NCBI GenBank assembly: GCA_047603125.1
Contig: JBLKOU010000001.1
Coordinates: 8,171 to 72,170, forward strand
Direction: 5' to 3'
Length of the DNA stretch: 64,000 bases
DNA from: Candidatus Woesearchaeota archaeon
Lineage (GTDB): Archaea; Nanobdellota; Nanobdellia; Woesearchaeales; DATGWN01
Each line of letters starts with the position of its first letter. The stretch's first letter is position 1. A model generated the notes under the pieces. That model had not been told where the DNA came from, did not search any database, and saw nothing but the letters and a program-made list of their open reading frames with translations. Shown piece by piece: positions 18,882 through 28,980 of the stretch. The translations under genes were made by a program, and so were the position numbers.

Positions 18882-19073
18882 TTATTGTACAACAACACGA
18901 ATTTTCTTCTCAGAACTTGCATCACTTCGCAAGTTAACTAATGTAAATTTTTTGATTCCTTGCTTTTTTGCATAATCTTGTGCTGCTTGTTCTGTTTTGA
19001 ATGTTTTCGGACGAGGTGTTCGGTTTCGACCATTTTTTATGATGAGTTCTCGTTTTTTTAAGTGTGCACTCAT
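18882..19073 (-). CDS. small basic hypothetical protein downstream of rpl31e
   Basis: 63 aa; 4-nt overlap with L31e stop. Confidence 0.35.
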   Translation of the reverse strand: MSAHLKKRELIIKNGRNRTPRPKTFKTEQAAQDYAKKQGIKKFTLVNLRSDASSEKKIRVVVQ

Positions 19074-19567
19074 TTTTTTACCTCAGCTTTTTGCGCCTGT
19101 TTTTTTGCGGATTTTTCGCTTTCTTGCTTTTTTGGAGCAGGTTTTGGTTTTTGTGCAGCTGTTTTTACAGGTTTTGTTTCTTCAGGCTTTGCTTGTTTTT
19201 CTTGGCTTGGTTGTTGTTTTGGTTTTTCCTTTTGAGGTTCGTCTTCAATAACAACCTTTGGTTTAGGTGCTTGTGGTTTTTGTGGCTCTTCTTGTTTTTT
19301 CTCCACAACCGGTGCAGCTTCACCATATAAGCGTGCCATAACAACGCCTTTTTGGTCTTTTGTTGCAATAACTTTGACTTTATGAACAGGGTTAGTTATT
19401 CCATTTTGCCAAATATATTCGTTGAGTTTTGGTGTGAGTTTTACCTCGTCTGATTTCATATGTCGCTCTAAAAACGCATAGAGTGCACTAATTGCGCGCT
19501 TTGTTTTTTTCAGTCGTGGTGCAACTCGTGTTTTTTTTCGAAGTGTAATTGTGTATGTTCGTTCCAT
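19070..19567 (-). CDS. rpl31e: 50S ribosomal protein L31e with K/P/E-rich C-terminal extension
   Basis: TYTITLRKKTRVAPRLKKTKRAISALYAFLERHMKSDEVKLTPKLNEYIWQNGI matches L31e; start ATG 19567 (or GTG 19576). Confidence 0.8.
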   Translation of the reverse strand: MERTYTITLRKKTRVAPRLKKTKRAISALYAFLERHMKSDEVKLTPKLNEYIWQNGITNPVHKVKVIATKDQKGVVMARLYGEAAPVVEKKQEEPQKPQAPKPKVVIEDEPQKEKPKQQPSQEKQAKPEETKPVKTAAQKPKPAPKKQESEKSAKKQAQKAEVKK

Positions 19568-19576
19568 CTCATTCAC

Positions 19577-19750
19577 CTACGCTTTTGTTCGTGTTCGTCG
19601 CCAGTTACGCTTAACCGTTGTGTGACGTCCAGGATGAACTTTCTTTCCTTTTCCATAAATTTTTAGCACTGTCCAAAATGGCGCCCACCGTGTCATTTTT
19701 CCGAGTTTGATGAGTCGAATTTTTCTGCTTACATGTTTATTTGTTGCCAT
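19577..19750 (-). CDS. rpl39e: 50S ribosomal protein L39e (57 aa), not in ORF track
   Basis: MATNKHVSRKIRLIKLGKMTRWAPFWTVLKIYGKGKKVHPGRHTTVKRNWRRTRTKA; C-terminal KRNWRR motif and RLxKL/xPxW pattern of L39e; abuts L31e start, overlaps S19e stop by 14 nt. Confidence 0.7.
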   Translation of the reverse strand: MATNKHVSRKIRLIKLGKMTRWAPFWTVLKIYGKGKKVHPGRHTTVKRNWRRTRTKA

Positions 19751-20171
19751 TTTCTTTCACCGTATGTGCTGTTTTATCAAGGAGTTGAATACCTTGTGCC
19801 GTTATAATTCGACCTTTTCGATTTTGGATTTGTGTTTGTCGGATAAGTTTTGCAGCTTCTAATTGCTGAAGAACTTTTCGTAAAATATTTCCAGATCCTA
19901 ATTTGAATCGTGATGGCTTATGGCCACGTCGTTTTTTTCCACCGTATTTGACTCGAAGCTTATTTGTTCCAATAGGTCCTAAGTTTGCAACAGTTCGCAA
20001 AACCGCAGCACTTCGAAGATACCACCAGTCTTCTTGAATTGGTGGTCGTTCTTTATGAACTCCTGTTTTAACAAAAGCTGCCCATTGTGGTGGCGTAATT
20101 GCATCTTGTTCTTTTAGTTTTTTCGCGACTTCTTTTATGAGGTCACTTGGATTTACGTCTAAATAACTCAT
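19737..20171 (-). CDS. rps19e: 30S ribosomal protein S19e
   Basis: MSYLDVNPSDLIKEVAKKLKE...PPQWAAFVKTGVHKERPP...WWYLRSAAVLR; start at internal ATG 20171. Confidence 0.85.
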   Translation of the reverse strand: MSYLDVNPSDLIKEVAKKLKEQDAITPPQWAAFVKTGVHKERPPIQEDWWYLRSAAVLRTVANLGPIGTNKLRVKYGGKKRRGHKPSRFKLGSGNILRKVLQQLEAAKLIRQTQIQNRKGRIITAQGIQLLDKTAHTVKENGNK

Positions 20172-20285
20172 TGTGTTTCTCCTTCCAAACACAGAAATGT
20201 GTTTGTCTGTTGTGTTTTGCTCTCGCAAAAGGATGGTGCATAAAGTATGCACTAATGGGCAGAAATGGGGGTTTATTTATAAATG

Positions 20286-20954
20286 TTATTGTTGAGAGGG
20301 GTCATGTTTTCCAGCATCAAACAAAGACAGCTCTTTTTGCCCTTTTGGATGATAGAGTGCAGCCTTTTTTGCTCGAAAGGGATGGTGTTCTAGACAGCTC
20401 GCTTGATAATCACCATATGAACCGACCAGAATGGTCTGATCCGAGTCAGCAATCCGTTTGGTATAGGGTGCGTCCCGTCCACAGGCCTTTTTATTGACTT
20501 GGGTTGTGCAGACGCTTTTGAGTTTTTGAGTAGAATCGGCAATTGCTAAAAGTGCACCAATATGATCCTTATTATCGGCAAAAGAGAACGGGTCGAGTCG
20601 AAAATTGGTATCGAGCGCAGCGATATAAATAATTCGCCCAGTTGCACGCAAATATTGGCAGACTTCAATTATTTGTGAGTCAAAAAACATTGCCTCGTCA
20701 ATTCCAACGATTTTTGTTTGATCATGTACTTGTTCAATAATATCCTGGGCGCAGGTGAGTGCTTGACAAGTAAGGCGATGTTTTTTCGTGTGATCTACTA
20801 TTTGTGTTTCGCTGTATCGATTATCGATTGCGGGTTTGAAGACTTGAACGGGAATTTGTGCAAATTCGTACCGTTTGAGGTAACGAAGGAGTTCTGTGCT
20901 CTTTCCTGAGTACATGGGTCCAACAATGCAGTGAATTCTTGGTGTTAAATCCAT
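20286..20954 (-). CDS. tdk: thymidine kinase
   Basis: P-loop GPMYSGKSTELL, VGIDEAMFF, C-terminal Cys zinc ribbon. Confidence 0.9.
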   Translation of the reverse strand: MDLTPRIHCIVGPMYSGKSTELLRYLKRYEFAQIPVQVFKPAIDNRYSETQIVDHTKKHRLTCQALTCAQDIIEQVHDQTKIVGIDEAMFFDSQIIEVCQYLRATGRIIYIAALDTNFRLDPFSFADNKDHIGALLAIADSTQKLKSVCTTQVNKKACGRDAPYTKRIADSDQTILVGSYGDYQASCLEHHPFRAKKAALYHPKGQKELSLFDAGKHDPSQQ

Positions 20955-21041
20955 AGTAAGAGAGTAATTTTATTTTAATTTTATATACATTTAGTCCATA
21001 GAATATGAGTGTTTGAAACCATACTCAAAATGTAATGGATA

Positions 21042-21518
21042 TTATGAGAACAAAAAGAGCGCAAATATGCCCCCTGCTGATAGGCTGACAAATAACACTG
21101 TGCTGAGATGCTCAACAACTCCACCATTTTTTATGCGTCCATGAATGCGAATGGGAAACGGCCAGAATGGATAAATGCCTTTTCTTGTCAGTGCGTCTAA
21201 GAGAAGATGGGAACTATAGCCTATAAGAAATGCTCCAAGGTAGAGTGGGTTTAAAGAAAAGGGCGTTATTTTCGTTACACCCCAAAAAAGAATAATCCAC
21301 AGTATAATTCCTAGTAGTGAGTGGGTGAGTGTTCGATGGGGTAGTATCCAGTTAATAAACCAGAAATATTTTCCAACGCTACTTTTTCTGTTATCAATGT
21401 CTGGAAGGAGTGCGCTAAAGACAATAATGATGATAGTAATTAGGAGGGATGTCTCAAAAACAATGGTATAACACGTTGCAAGAAATAAAGCAAAAGCAAT
21501 ATGTGCGGGCGCGTTCAT
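21042..21518 (-). CDS. membrane-bound metal-dependent hydrolase (YdjM/DUF457 family)
   Basis: LPDIDNRKS...HRTLTHS...GYSSHLLLD His/Asp pattern of DUF457. Confidence 0.6.
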   Translation of the reverse strand: MNAPAHIAFALFLATCYTIVFETSLLITIIIIVFSALLPDIDNRKSSVGKYFWFINWILPHRTLTHSLLGIILWIILFWGVTKITPFSLNPLYLGAFLIGYSSHLLLDALTRKGIYPFWPFPIRIHGRIKNGGVVEHLSTVLFVSLSAGGIFALFLFS

Positions 21519-21525
21519 TTAGGTA

Positions 21526-22536
21526 TTGGCGAGCAAAGATTATTTAAAGTTTTGCTGTTTTACTTCAATTATGGCAGACATGATCGCATATGAAGCAATT
21601 ATTGAGGCAATACGTGAGAAGACAAAGCTAGACAAATCTACAATTGAGCAAAAAATTCAAGCTAAACAGGATGAATTCTCCGGTCTTATTTCTCAAGAAG
21701 GTGCTGCCCATATTGTCGCAAATGAATTGGGCGTGAATATGCTTGAACAACTTCAAAAACCAGTACTCATTGAGCAAATAAAGCCCCCTATGAGGCGTAT
21801 TTATCTTAAAGCGCGTGTCTTGCAAAAGTATGAACTTGTTGAGTTTGAAAAAGAATCTCGTTCGGGGAAAGTGCAATCGTTGCTATTAGGTGATTCCACA
21901 GGTACTATTCGGTTTACTTGTTGGCATGCGGATGTGCAAAAGCTCGAAGCGATTGATCCGGATGATACAATTAGTATTGAAAATGCCATATCTCGTGAAA
22001 ATCAAGGGCGAGTTGAGTTGCATGCAACGCCAGATACAACAATTAAAAAAATAGATGAGACAATAGAAGTCAAATTATTTTCACCACAATCTCAAGATGC
22101 GCCTGTGAGTACACTTGCACAAGTTGAACAAAAAACAGGTATGGTAACGGTTCATGGCGTGATTGTACAGATGAATCCTTTGGCGTTTTATTATGTTGAT
22201 CCACAAACAAATAAAAAAATAAAAGAAGATCAAATTGATGCGAATGTTCATCAAAAAGCCTGTCTTTGTAGTGTGCTCATAGATGATGGGACACATACGA
22301 TGCGTGTTGTTTTTTTTCGGGATGTTTGTGCGCAATTATTTGAAACATCAATTGAACAATTATATCAAGCAAAAGAGGCAGGAGAACTAGAAGCCTTGCA
22401 AAAACCAGTGTTTGGAAAGATGATACAAGTTCGAGCACGGATTAATGAGAACAATCTTTCTCAGGCAAAAGAATTAATCGCACTATCTGTTGAGGAGTAT
22501 ACATGGGAGCATCACGAGAACAATTTAAAGTCTTAA
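21526..22536 (+). CDS. RPA-like single-stranded DNA-binding protein (two OB folds)
   Basis: N-terminal GLISQEGAAHIVANELGV motif characteristic of euryarchaeal RPA; OB-fold-like segments; true start may be ATG 21571. Confidence 0.55.
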   Translation: MASKDYLKFCCFTSIMADMIAYEAIIEAIREKTKLDKSTIEQKIQAKQDEFSGLISQEGAAHIVANELGVNMLEQLQKPVLIEQIKPPMRRIYLKARVLQKYELVEFEKESRSGKVQSLLLGDSTGTIRFTCWHADVQKLEAIDPDDTISIENAISRENQGRVELHATPDTTIKKIDETIEVKLFSPQSQDAPVSTLAQVEQKTGMVTVHGVIVQMNPLAFYYVDPQTNKKIKEDQIDANVHQKACLCSVLIDDGTHTMRVVFFRDVCAQLFETSIEQLYQAKEAGELEALQKPVFGKMIQVRARINENNLSQAKELIALSVEEYTWEHHENNLKS

Positions 22537-23222
22537 ACGACGTGTTTGATGAGTTTACAGAACGAAATATTTTACGTTTAAGCGCTCAAGGATATTTTGA
22601 TCAGATTATTCGTTCCTGTTCCCTCGGAAAAGAAGCGCATATTTTTCTTGCAAAAACGCGAGATAATCGTCATGTTATTGTAAAAATTTACCGCTTAGAG
22701 AATTGTAATTTTAATAAAATGTATTCTTATATTAAAAGCGATCCTCGTTATCAGGATATTAAAGGAAAGAAAAGACAAATTATTTTTCAATGGGTTCAGC
22801 GAGAGTTTAGAAATTTACACCTTGCACGAGAAGCCGGTGTTCGTGTTCCGACGGTGCATACCTGCATGCATAATATTTTGGTTATGGAAGTTATTGGAAA
22901 TGAGCATGAACTTGCACCCCAGCTCAAAAATGTTTTGATTACAGAGGATATGTTTGAAGATTTACTTAATCAAGTTCGTTTGTTATATCAGAAAGCAAAG
23001 TTGGTTCACGGGGATTTGTCCAAATTTAATGTGCTTTTAGATGTTGACAAACCAGTAATTATTGATATGAGTCAGACAACATCTGTTCTTGATCCCAATG
23101 CAAAAGAATATTTGGAACGGGATATTAAAAATCTCGTTTCATATGCAAAAGGTCTTGGTTTTTCGTATACATTTGAGCAGATTTATCGATTTATTGTGAC
23201 GCCAGTTGATTTTTCTAAATAA
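22503..23222 (+). CDS. RIO-type serine/threonine protein kinase (Rio1-like)
   Basis: GKEAHIFLAK, LVHGDLSKFNVL and IIDMSQ catalytic/metal loops. Confidence 0.85.
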   Translation: MGASREQFKVLNDVFDEFTERNILRLSAQGYFDQIIRSCSLGKEAHIFLAKTRDNRHVIVKIYRLENCNFNKMYSYIKSDPRYQDIKGKKRQIIFQWVQREFRNLHLAREAGVRVPTVHTCMHNILVMEVIGNEHELAPQLKNVLITEDMFEDLLNQVRLLYQKAKLVHGDLSKFNVLLDVDKPVIIDMSQTTSVLDPNAKEYLERDIKNLVSYAKGLGFSYTFEQIYRFIVTPVDFSK

Positions 23223-23269
23223 AAATGAGTTACCGACACATTTAAAAAAGGTGCGAGATTCACATTCAT

Positions 23270-23875
23270 ATGACACCATCGCCTCCACAAGAAGATCTTA
23301 TTATTGAACATATACTCCGTGTCCCGAAAAGCCGTATCGCTGTTATTATTGGTACTGACGGAGTTACAAAGCGCCAAATTGAGTCGCAAACACAAACGCG
23401 TCTGACTATTGATTCCCATGAGGGAGATATTACGATTCAAGGTCGAGATGCAGTCAAATGTTTTGTTTCCAGAGACATTGTTAAAGCAATTGGTCGTGGT
23501 TTTAATCCTGAAATTGCATTATTTTTACTCAAATCTGATTATGCGTTTGAACTCATTGATATGGGTGAAGTTACGCGAAATAAAAATGATTTATTACGTG
23601 TGAAAGGTCGTATTATTGGAAAAGAAGGAAAGACTCGAGAAATTCTTGAAAAACAAACAGAAACACATATCTCGGTATTTGGAAAGACGGTTGGCATAAT
23701 CGGCGAAGTGGAGCATGTACTTGCTGCAAGACAAGCAGTCGATATGATTTTAGATGGTTCCCCTCACGCAAATGTCTACAAATGGTTGGAATCCAAAAAA
23801 CGAGCGCTCACTAAAACGCAATTATTGGGTAATTCTGTTGAAATCAAAGATGAGTTTAAAAAATACGTTGAGTGA
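23270..23875 (+). CDS. KH-domain RNA-binding protein (archaeal Dim2/Pno1-like), partner of RIO kinase
   Basis: Two KH-type GxxG regions (IIGTDGVTKRQI, IIGKEGKTREIL); conserved rio-KH gene order in archaea. Confidence 0.7.
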   Translation: MTPSPPQEDLIIEHILRVPKSRIAVIIGTDGVTKRQIESQTQTRLTIDSHEGDITIQGRDAVKCFVSRDIVKAIGRGFNPEIALFLLKSDYAFELIDMGEVTRNKNDLLRVKGRIIGKEGKTREILEKQTETHISVFGKTVGIIGEVEHVLAARQAVDMILDGSPHANVYKWLESKKRALTKTQLLGNSVEIKDEFKKYVE

Positions 23876-23908
23876 AATCCACAACTTTTTTAATATACTT
23901 TTCGCGTC

Positions 23909-24748
23909 ATGCTGTTAATGGATACGTATCGCAAATTTACAAAGGCAACACTTGCATGGTATAAACGGTATGGGCGAGATTTGCCTTGGCGAAACACGCA
24001 AGATCCTTATCACATTTTTGTCAGCGAGTGCATGTTACAGCAAACACAAGTTTCTCGAGTCATTCCTAAATATGAAGCCTTTTTGCAAGCATTTCCAACA
24101 GTCACTCATTTAGCCAATGCTTCATTACGCGATGTGATTGTTTTGTGGAGTGGATTAGGATATAATCGTCGAGCAAAATATTTATGGCAGGCAGCAAATG
24201 TTATTGTCAAAACACATAGTGGACATATTCCTGATGATCCCCAAAAACTTGAACAATTACCAGGTTTTGGTGCGTATAGTGCAAACGCGATTGCTGCATT
24301 TGCGTTTAATAAACCGGTTGTTGTTATTGATGCCAACATTAAACGCGTGTTTAATTATGTTTTTGGCTTGGAGCAGTCTGAAATTGCAAATGCAGTGGCA
24401 AGATGTGTTCCCAAAAATCATTCCCGGGATTTTTATAATGCATTGATGGATATTGGCTCACTATATTATAAGTCGACGAGCACATATGAAACGTATCCAT
24501 ATGCTTCTTTTTGTTTTTTTTATAATAAAAAATCCATTCCTCCTTTAAAAAAAGTGAAGCAAAAATCATTCAAGGATTCTGATAGATTTTATAGGGGGCA
24601 AATTCTCAAACAGCTTGTTCAAGCACAAGAATTGGATGCTGCCACATTAAATAAAGATACTCGGTACGCAATTGCATTATCCCAATTATGTGAGGAGGGT
24701 CTTGTCATGTGTGAAAAAAACCGTGTGTTTTTACCAAAAAGCTCATAA
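23909..24748 (+). CDS. HhH-GPD DNA glycosylase, MutY/Nth-like, apparently lacking the 4Fe-4S Cys loop
   Basis: LPWR..DPYHIFVSECMLQQTQV, LPGFGAYSANAIAAFAF, catalytic VIDANIKRV; no C-x6-C-x2-C-x5-C cluster downstream. Confidence 0.7.
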   Translation: MLLMDTYRKFTKATLAWYKRYGRDLPWRNTQDPYHIFVSECMLQQTQVSRVIPKYEAFLQAFPTVTHLANASLRDVIVLWSGLGYNRRAKYLWQAANVIVKTHSGHIPDDPQKLEQLPGFGAYSANAIAAFAFNKPVVVIDANIKRVFNYVFGLEQSEIANAVARCVPKNHSRDFYNALMDIGSLYYKSTSTYETYPYASFCFFYNKKSIPPLKKVKQKSFKDSDRFYRGQILKQLVQAQELDAATLNKDTRYAIALSQLCEEGLVMCEKNRVFLPKSS

Positions 24749-24750
24749 AT

Positions 24751-25212
24751 ATGAAGGTTTCTCCCCTAAGTATGATTTCGGAAGGTTTTGTTGTTGGAAG
24801 ATTTTTATTGGACGGGAAAACGACGTTTTTAAATAAAAAACTTCAATCGGTGCTTCCAAATATGATATTTGCACAAATAATTGATAGACCTGACCGGCAT
24901 CACGAAAGTTTAGAAGACAGTGCTTATTTTCTCACGCAATCGTATTTACAAACTCCTGAGTATAAATGGGGTCGAAATCGTGGTATATTGCCTGTATTTA
25001 ATGTTTCAGTGGATATATTAGTGGATGAACAAGTAGAACGCTCCTCTCAACTAGTATCTTTGGGTTTCAAGCCTATATTTGAGTATACGCCAAATGGTGT
25101 GAGAGACATCTGTTTGCAAAATGCGCGAAATTATTCGCATGAACAGGCAGAACATTTTTGTCATTTTTCTTCTCGATTTTTAGATAAGTATGTTTCTATG
25201 CGAAATAATTAA
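24751..25212 (+). CDS. hypothetical protein
   Basis: 153-aa ORF immediately after glycosylase gene. Confidence 0.35.
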   Translation: MKVSPLSMISEGFVVGRFLLDGKTTFLNKKLQSVLPNMIFAQIIDRPDRHHESLEDSAYFLTQSYLQTPEYKWGRNRGILPVFNVSVDILVDEQVERSSQLVSLGFKPIFEYTPNGVRDICLQNARNYSHEQAEHFCHFSSRFLDKYVSMRNN

Positions 25213-25225
25213 TATTGTCTGCTGA

Positions 25226-25921
25226 CTATGCAAAGTGGGAGAGTGTTGAACCCACATAGAATGCAATGAGTGCTGCTGCTCCTCCCAGAATAAGAATTTG
25301 TAGTCCGCTTGCAAACCAATGTTTATCGGTAAGTGCTGCTTTAAACGTTCCGAGGCCAAAAATAGTTGCGCCCGTGAGGCTTGTTGCAACAACAAATGGG
25401 TTTGCAATAAACATTGCAGAAAATAAATCAAGCACATAGGAGAATAATGGAACAAATCCAAAAAATAAAAATGAGAAAAAAGTCACTAGGGATGTTTTGA
25501 GCGGAGATTCTTGATGATTTTCAATGTGAAGCTCTTCATCCATAATCGTGTCTGCAAAGGTTTGCTTGTGTTTTACGAGTGTGTGTACGAGTTTATTTGC
25601 TTCATCTTTTGTGTAGTGATGCTTTCGATAAAATTTTTCTAGTTCTTCTTCTGATGCATTCAAGTGTGAGAGAATATCTTTTGTTACTTGTTTTCGTTCT
25701 TTATTTGTGTACTTATTTTTGGCTTCAATTCCTAAATAATTACTAATTGCGATTGTAAAACCGTGGGCAAGTAAATTAGCACTGCCAATAATGAGAATAA
25801 TATTTGCACCAAGTGAGGCTCCAGTAATACCTGATACGACGGCAAAGGTGGTGATTGTTCCAGTTAAACCTCCGTGGATAACATCCTGAATAAATCCTCC
25901 TTCATCCGGTCGTTGTTTCAT
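25226..25921 (-). CDS. VIT1/CCC1-family membrane iron/manganese transporter
   Basis: N-terminal GGLTGTITTFAVVSG and C-terminal TM cluster typical of the VIT family. Confidence 0.7.
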   Translation of the reverse strand: MKQRPDEGGFIQDVIHGGLTGTITTFAVVSGITGASLGANIILIIGSANLLAHGFTIAISNYLGIEAKNKYTNKERKQVTKDILSHLNASEEELEKFYRKHHYTKDEANKLVHTLVKHKQTFADTIMDEELHIENHQESPLKTSLVTFFSFLFFGFVPLFSYVLDLFSAMFIANPFVVATSLTGATIFGLGTFKAALTDKHWFASGLQILILGGAAALIAFYVGSTLSHFA

Positions 25922-25991
25922 TTGTGAAATATTTAGGGCTTATCTTTTTTAAAAATGTTTAGGATGATAAGGCTTCATCCAAAAAATAAGA

Positions 25992-26141
25992 AAAAAGAGC
26001 ACCTTGCAGCAAAATCAGAAAATTTAGTGATTGTTTGAAAGCTTCTTTCAAACTTGAGGATGAGAATCCGAAAAGTTGCAACTAATTTTTCGCATACTTC
26101 TCAAAGCGGGACTCTTGAGCCAAGTCTGCGTGCTCTTTTTT
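25992..26141 (-). repeat. repeat family A copy A4 (long form with ~45-nt internal hairpin module B inserted)
   Basis: Reverse complement carries both TIRs; internal perfect hairpin GTTTGAAAG-CTT-CTTTCAAAC; shares module B with 42619-42696. Confidence 0.8.
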
Positions 26142-26238
26142 GAAAACAATTATTGGATGAAGTCGGACGAAAAATAAAAGAATATACGCATGCACAAGCA
26201 ATAATTTTATAAACACATATCAGGCAGCTCATACTACG

Positions 26239-27888
26239 ATGAGTAAAGCAGAGCAATTAGCAACCAAGCAGCGTGAAATTGGTGTTGCAGAATTTTTTGC
26301 ACGAAATAGACATCTTCTTGGATTTGATAATAAAGTAAAAGCACTCATGACAACAATTAAAGAGGCTGTCGATAACTCCCTTGACGCATGTGAGGAGGCA
26401 GAAATACTTCCTGAAATTATTGTTGAAGTCATTGACATGGGCAATGATCGTTTTAAAGTAGTTATCGAGGATAATGGCCCTGGTATTGTGAAAAAACAAA
26501 TTCCAAAAATCTTTGCAAAACTCTTATATGGTTCGAAGTTTCATTCATTAAAAATGAGCCGTGGTCAACAAGGTATTGGTATCTCTGCATCTGTTTTATA
26601 TGGTCAGCTTACAACGGGCAGACCCGCAAAAATTACATCGAAAACGGGACCAACAGATCCTGCGCATTATTATGAATTGAAATTAAACACAAAAACAAAC
26701 GAGCCTGAAATTGTCACTGACACAATTATAGATTGGCCAAAGGAAAGTGGAACAAAAATTGAAATTGATTTGGAGGCAACATATCAAAAAGGCGCACGCT
26801 CGATTGATACGTATTTAAAACAAACAGCCATCACAAATCCGCATTGTACAATTATTTATACAAATCCGAAAGCTGAGCAAATTATTTTTCCACGAGCAAT
26901 TGAAGTTATTCCGGCAGCTGCTCAAGAAATTAAACCGCACCCATATGGGGTTGAATTAGGAACATTGCAGTCGATGTTAGAAATTACACCGGCAAAAACA
27001 GTTCAATCATTTTTACAAACTGAATTTTCACGTGTAAGCGCACAAGTTGCAAAAGAAATTTGTGAGAACGCAGCTTTATTGCCAAATACATCTCCGAAGA
27101 AAATAACGCGGGATCAAGCAGAAAAAATTATTCGTGCAATTGCCAAAACTAAGATTATGGCGCCGCCAACTGACTGTATTTCTCCAATTGGTCAAGATCA
27201 GCTAGAAAAAGGGTTGAAAAAAGAAATTAATGCGGAATTTTATACAACGATTACACGCTCACCAAGTGTGTATCGAGGAAACCCTTTTATTATAGAAGTT
27301 GCAATTGCCTACGGAGGAGATCAGCCTGCAGATCAGCTTGCAAATGTGATGCGATTTGCAAACCGAGTTCCACTTTTATATCAACAAGGAGGCTGTGCGG
27401 TAAATAAAGCAGTCTCAAGTTTAAATTGGAAGCCGTATGGGTTACAACAGAGTAGAGGTTCTGTACCTGCAGGTCCATTGACAATTGCTGTTCATATCGC
27501 TTCGGTCTGGGTTCCGTTTACTTCAGAGAGTAAGGAAGCGATTGCGCATTATCCTGAAATTATAAAGGAAATGAAATTAGCATTACAAGAAGTTGGAAGA
27601 AAACTGGGAACATATATTAATAAGAAAAAACGTGTTGGTGTTGAATTAAAAAAACGCTCCTACATTCAAAAATATATCCCACATGTAAGTGCTGCGTTGT
27701 TAAAATTATTAGAATTACCTGATGATAAAAAGGCAGATTTAGAAGAAAAGCTCGCTGCAATTTTAGAAAAAACGCGAGGAGAAATTGAAGAGCTTGCTTT
27801 TGATGCATCAAAAAATAAAGATTTTGACAAAGAATTTGCATCGATAGGAAGAAATGATCAAGAGGAGGAAACAGAAGATGAGTTCTAA
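26239..27888 (+). CDS. top6B: DNA topoisomerase VI subunit B
   Basis: GHKL ATPase Bergerat motifs ([20 protein letters not shown]), transducer domain. Confidence 0.95.
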   Translation: MSKAEQLATKQREIGVAEFFARNRHLLGFDNKVKALMTTIKEAVDNSLDACEEAEILPEIIVEVIDMGNDRFKVVIEDNGPGIVKKQIPKIFAKLLYGSKFHSLKMSRGQQGIGISASVLYGQLTTGRPAKITSKTGPTDPAHYYELKLNTKTNEPEIVTDTIIDWPKESGTKIEIDLEATYQKGARSIDTYLKQTAITNPHCTIIYTNPKAEQIIFPRAIEVIPAAAQEIKPHPYGVELGTLQSMLEITPAKTVQSFLQTEFSRVSAQVAKEICENAALLPNTSPKKITRDQAEKIIRAIAKTKIMAPPTDCISPIGQDQLEKGLKKEINAEFYTTITRSPSVYRGNPFIIEVAIAYGGDQPADQLANVMRFANRVPLLYQQGGCAVNKAVSSLNWKPYGLQQSRGSVPAGPLTIAVHIASVWVPFTSESKEAIAHYPEIIKEMKLALQEVGRKLGTYINKKKRVGVELKKRSYIQKYIPHVSAALLKLLELPDDKKADLEEKLAAILEKTRGEIEELAFDASKNKDFDKEFASIGRNDQEEETEDEF

Positions 27889-28975
27889 GCAACCAAAGGC
27901 ATCATTAAAGCCAATTCAAGATGTAGCAAATCAAATTTACACAAATATTCTTGCATATAAACCGCCTATTTTATCGATGCCACTTCGTTCACTTTCAAAT
28001 GTATCGTATAATCCGAATGTTGGGTTTTTTGAATTAACAGGAAAATATAAGGATAGAAAATTAACGGCCTCAACAATTAAAACATTTGCACAAACTTTGC
28101 ACATGCTTACACTTGCAAAAGAATTAGCACTAGCAGCTGATGAGGCAACAAAAAGAGAAGCGTATTATATTTCAAAAAATTGGGGTGAAGCTAAGTTTAA
28201 TGAGCAGCCAGAATCCGATCTTGTCATGGATGATGTTGAGGCGATGCTTAGTGTAAACCGAGAAGTTATTGGTTTTATTCCAGAAGAGAAAGGTGGTGCT
28301 GTTGCTGGAAAGCTTGTTGTTCTTGATAAAGATGTCGATTCAGGTGAGCAGCTTCGCATTGATTGTACGAAATTTGGAAGTGGGGCATATTCTATTCCGA
28401 GCAAAGTTGAAGATCTTGGATTTGAGACTGATGCAACATTTATTTTAGCAATTGAAACGAGTGGTATGTTTCAACGATTAGCAAAACAAAATTATTGGAA
28501 AAAGGCAAATTGTATTCTCGTTGCAATGGGTGGTGTTCCAACAAGGGCAACACGGCGTTTTATTAGACGTTTATCAGATGAGAAAAATTTGCCAGTTTAT
28601 GTTTTTACTGATGGAGATTTTTATGGGTATTTTAATATTTATAGAACATTAAAAGTCGGTTCTGGAAATGCAGCACATATTAACGAATTTTTCTGTGTGC
28701 CAAATGCGCGTTTTATTGGTGTAACGCCCCAAGATATTATTGATTATAATTTACCAACGCATGCACTCAAAGATATTGATATTAAGCGCGGTCGAGATGC
28801 AGCAAAAAACGATCCATTTGTCCAAACGCATAAAGAATGGCAGCAAGCAATTGAGCAGATGACAAAGCTCAAAAAGCGTGTAGAGCAGCAAGCGTTTGCC
28901 AAGTATGGGCTTAATTATGTTATCGACACGTATTTACCTGAGAAGTTAGGCAATAAGAAAAAATGGTTGCCTTGA
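27854..28975 (+). CDS. top6A: DNA topoisomerase VI subunit A (Spo11-like)
   Basis: TOPRIM/5Y-CAP with [13 protein letters not shown]...[14 protein letters not shown]; may start at ATG 27878. Confidence 0.95.
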   Translation: MIKRRKQKMSSKQPKASLKPIQDVANQIYTNILAYKPPILSMPLRSLSNVSYNPNVGFFELTGKYKDRKLTASTIKTFAQTLHMLTLAKELALAADEATKREAYYISKNWGEAKFNEQPESDLVMDDVEAMLSVNREVIGFIPEEKGGAVAGKLVVLDKDVDSGEQLRIDCTKFGSGAYSIPSKVEDLGFETDATFILAIETSGMFQRLAKQNYWKKANCILVAMGGVPTRATRRFIRRLSDEKNLPVYVFTDGDFYGYFNIYRTLKVGSGNAAHINEFFCVPNARFIGVTPQDIIDYNLPTHALKDIDIKRGRDAAKNDPFVQTHKEWQQAIEQMTKLKKRVEQQAFAKYGLNYVIDTYLPEKLGNKKKWLP

Positions 28976-28980
28976 AGATA

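Noticed and set aside
18997-19330. Two plus-strand ORFs (84 and 88 aa, Phe/Leu-rich) across L31e
   Set aside because: They are antisense to the well-supported rpl31e gene and its K/P/E-rich tail and have low-complexity composition.
20172-20285. Short hairpin TGCATAAAGTATGCA between rps19e and tdk as a possible ncRNA
   Set aside because: It is only a 6-bp stem in a promoter/terminator-sized spacer, which is insufficient evidence.
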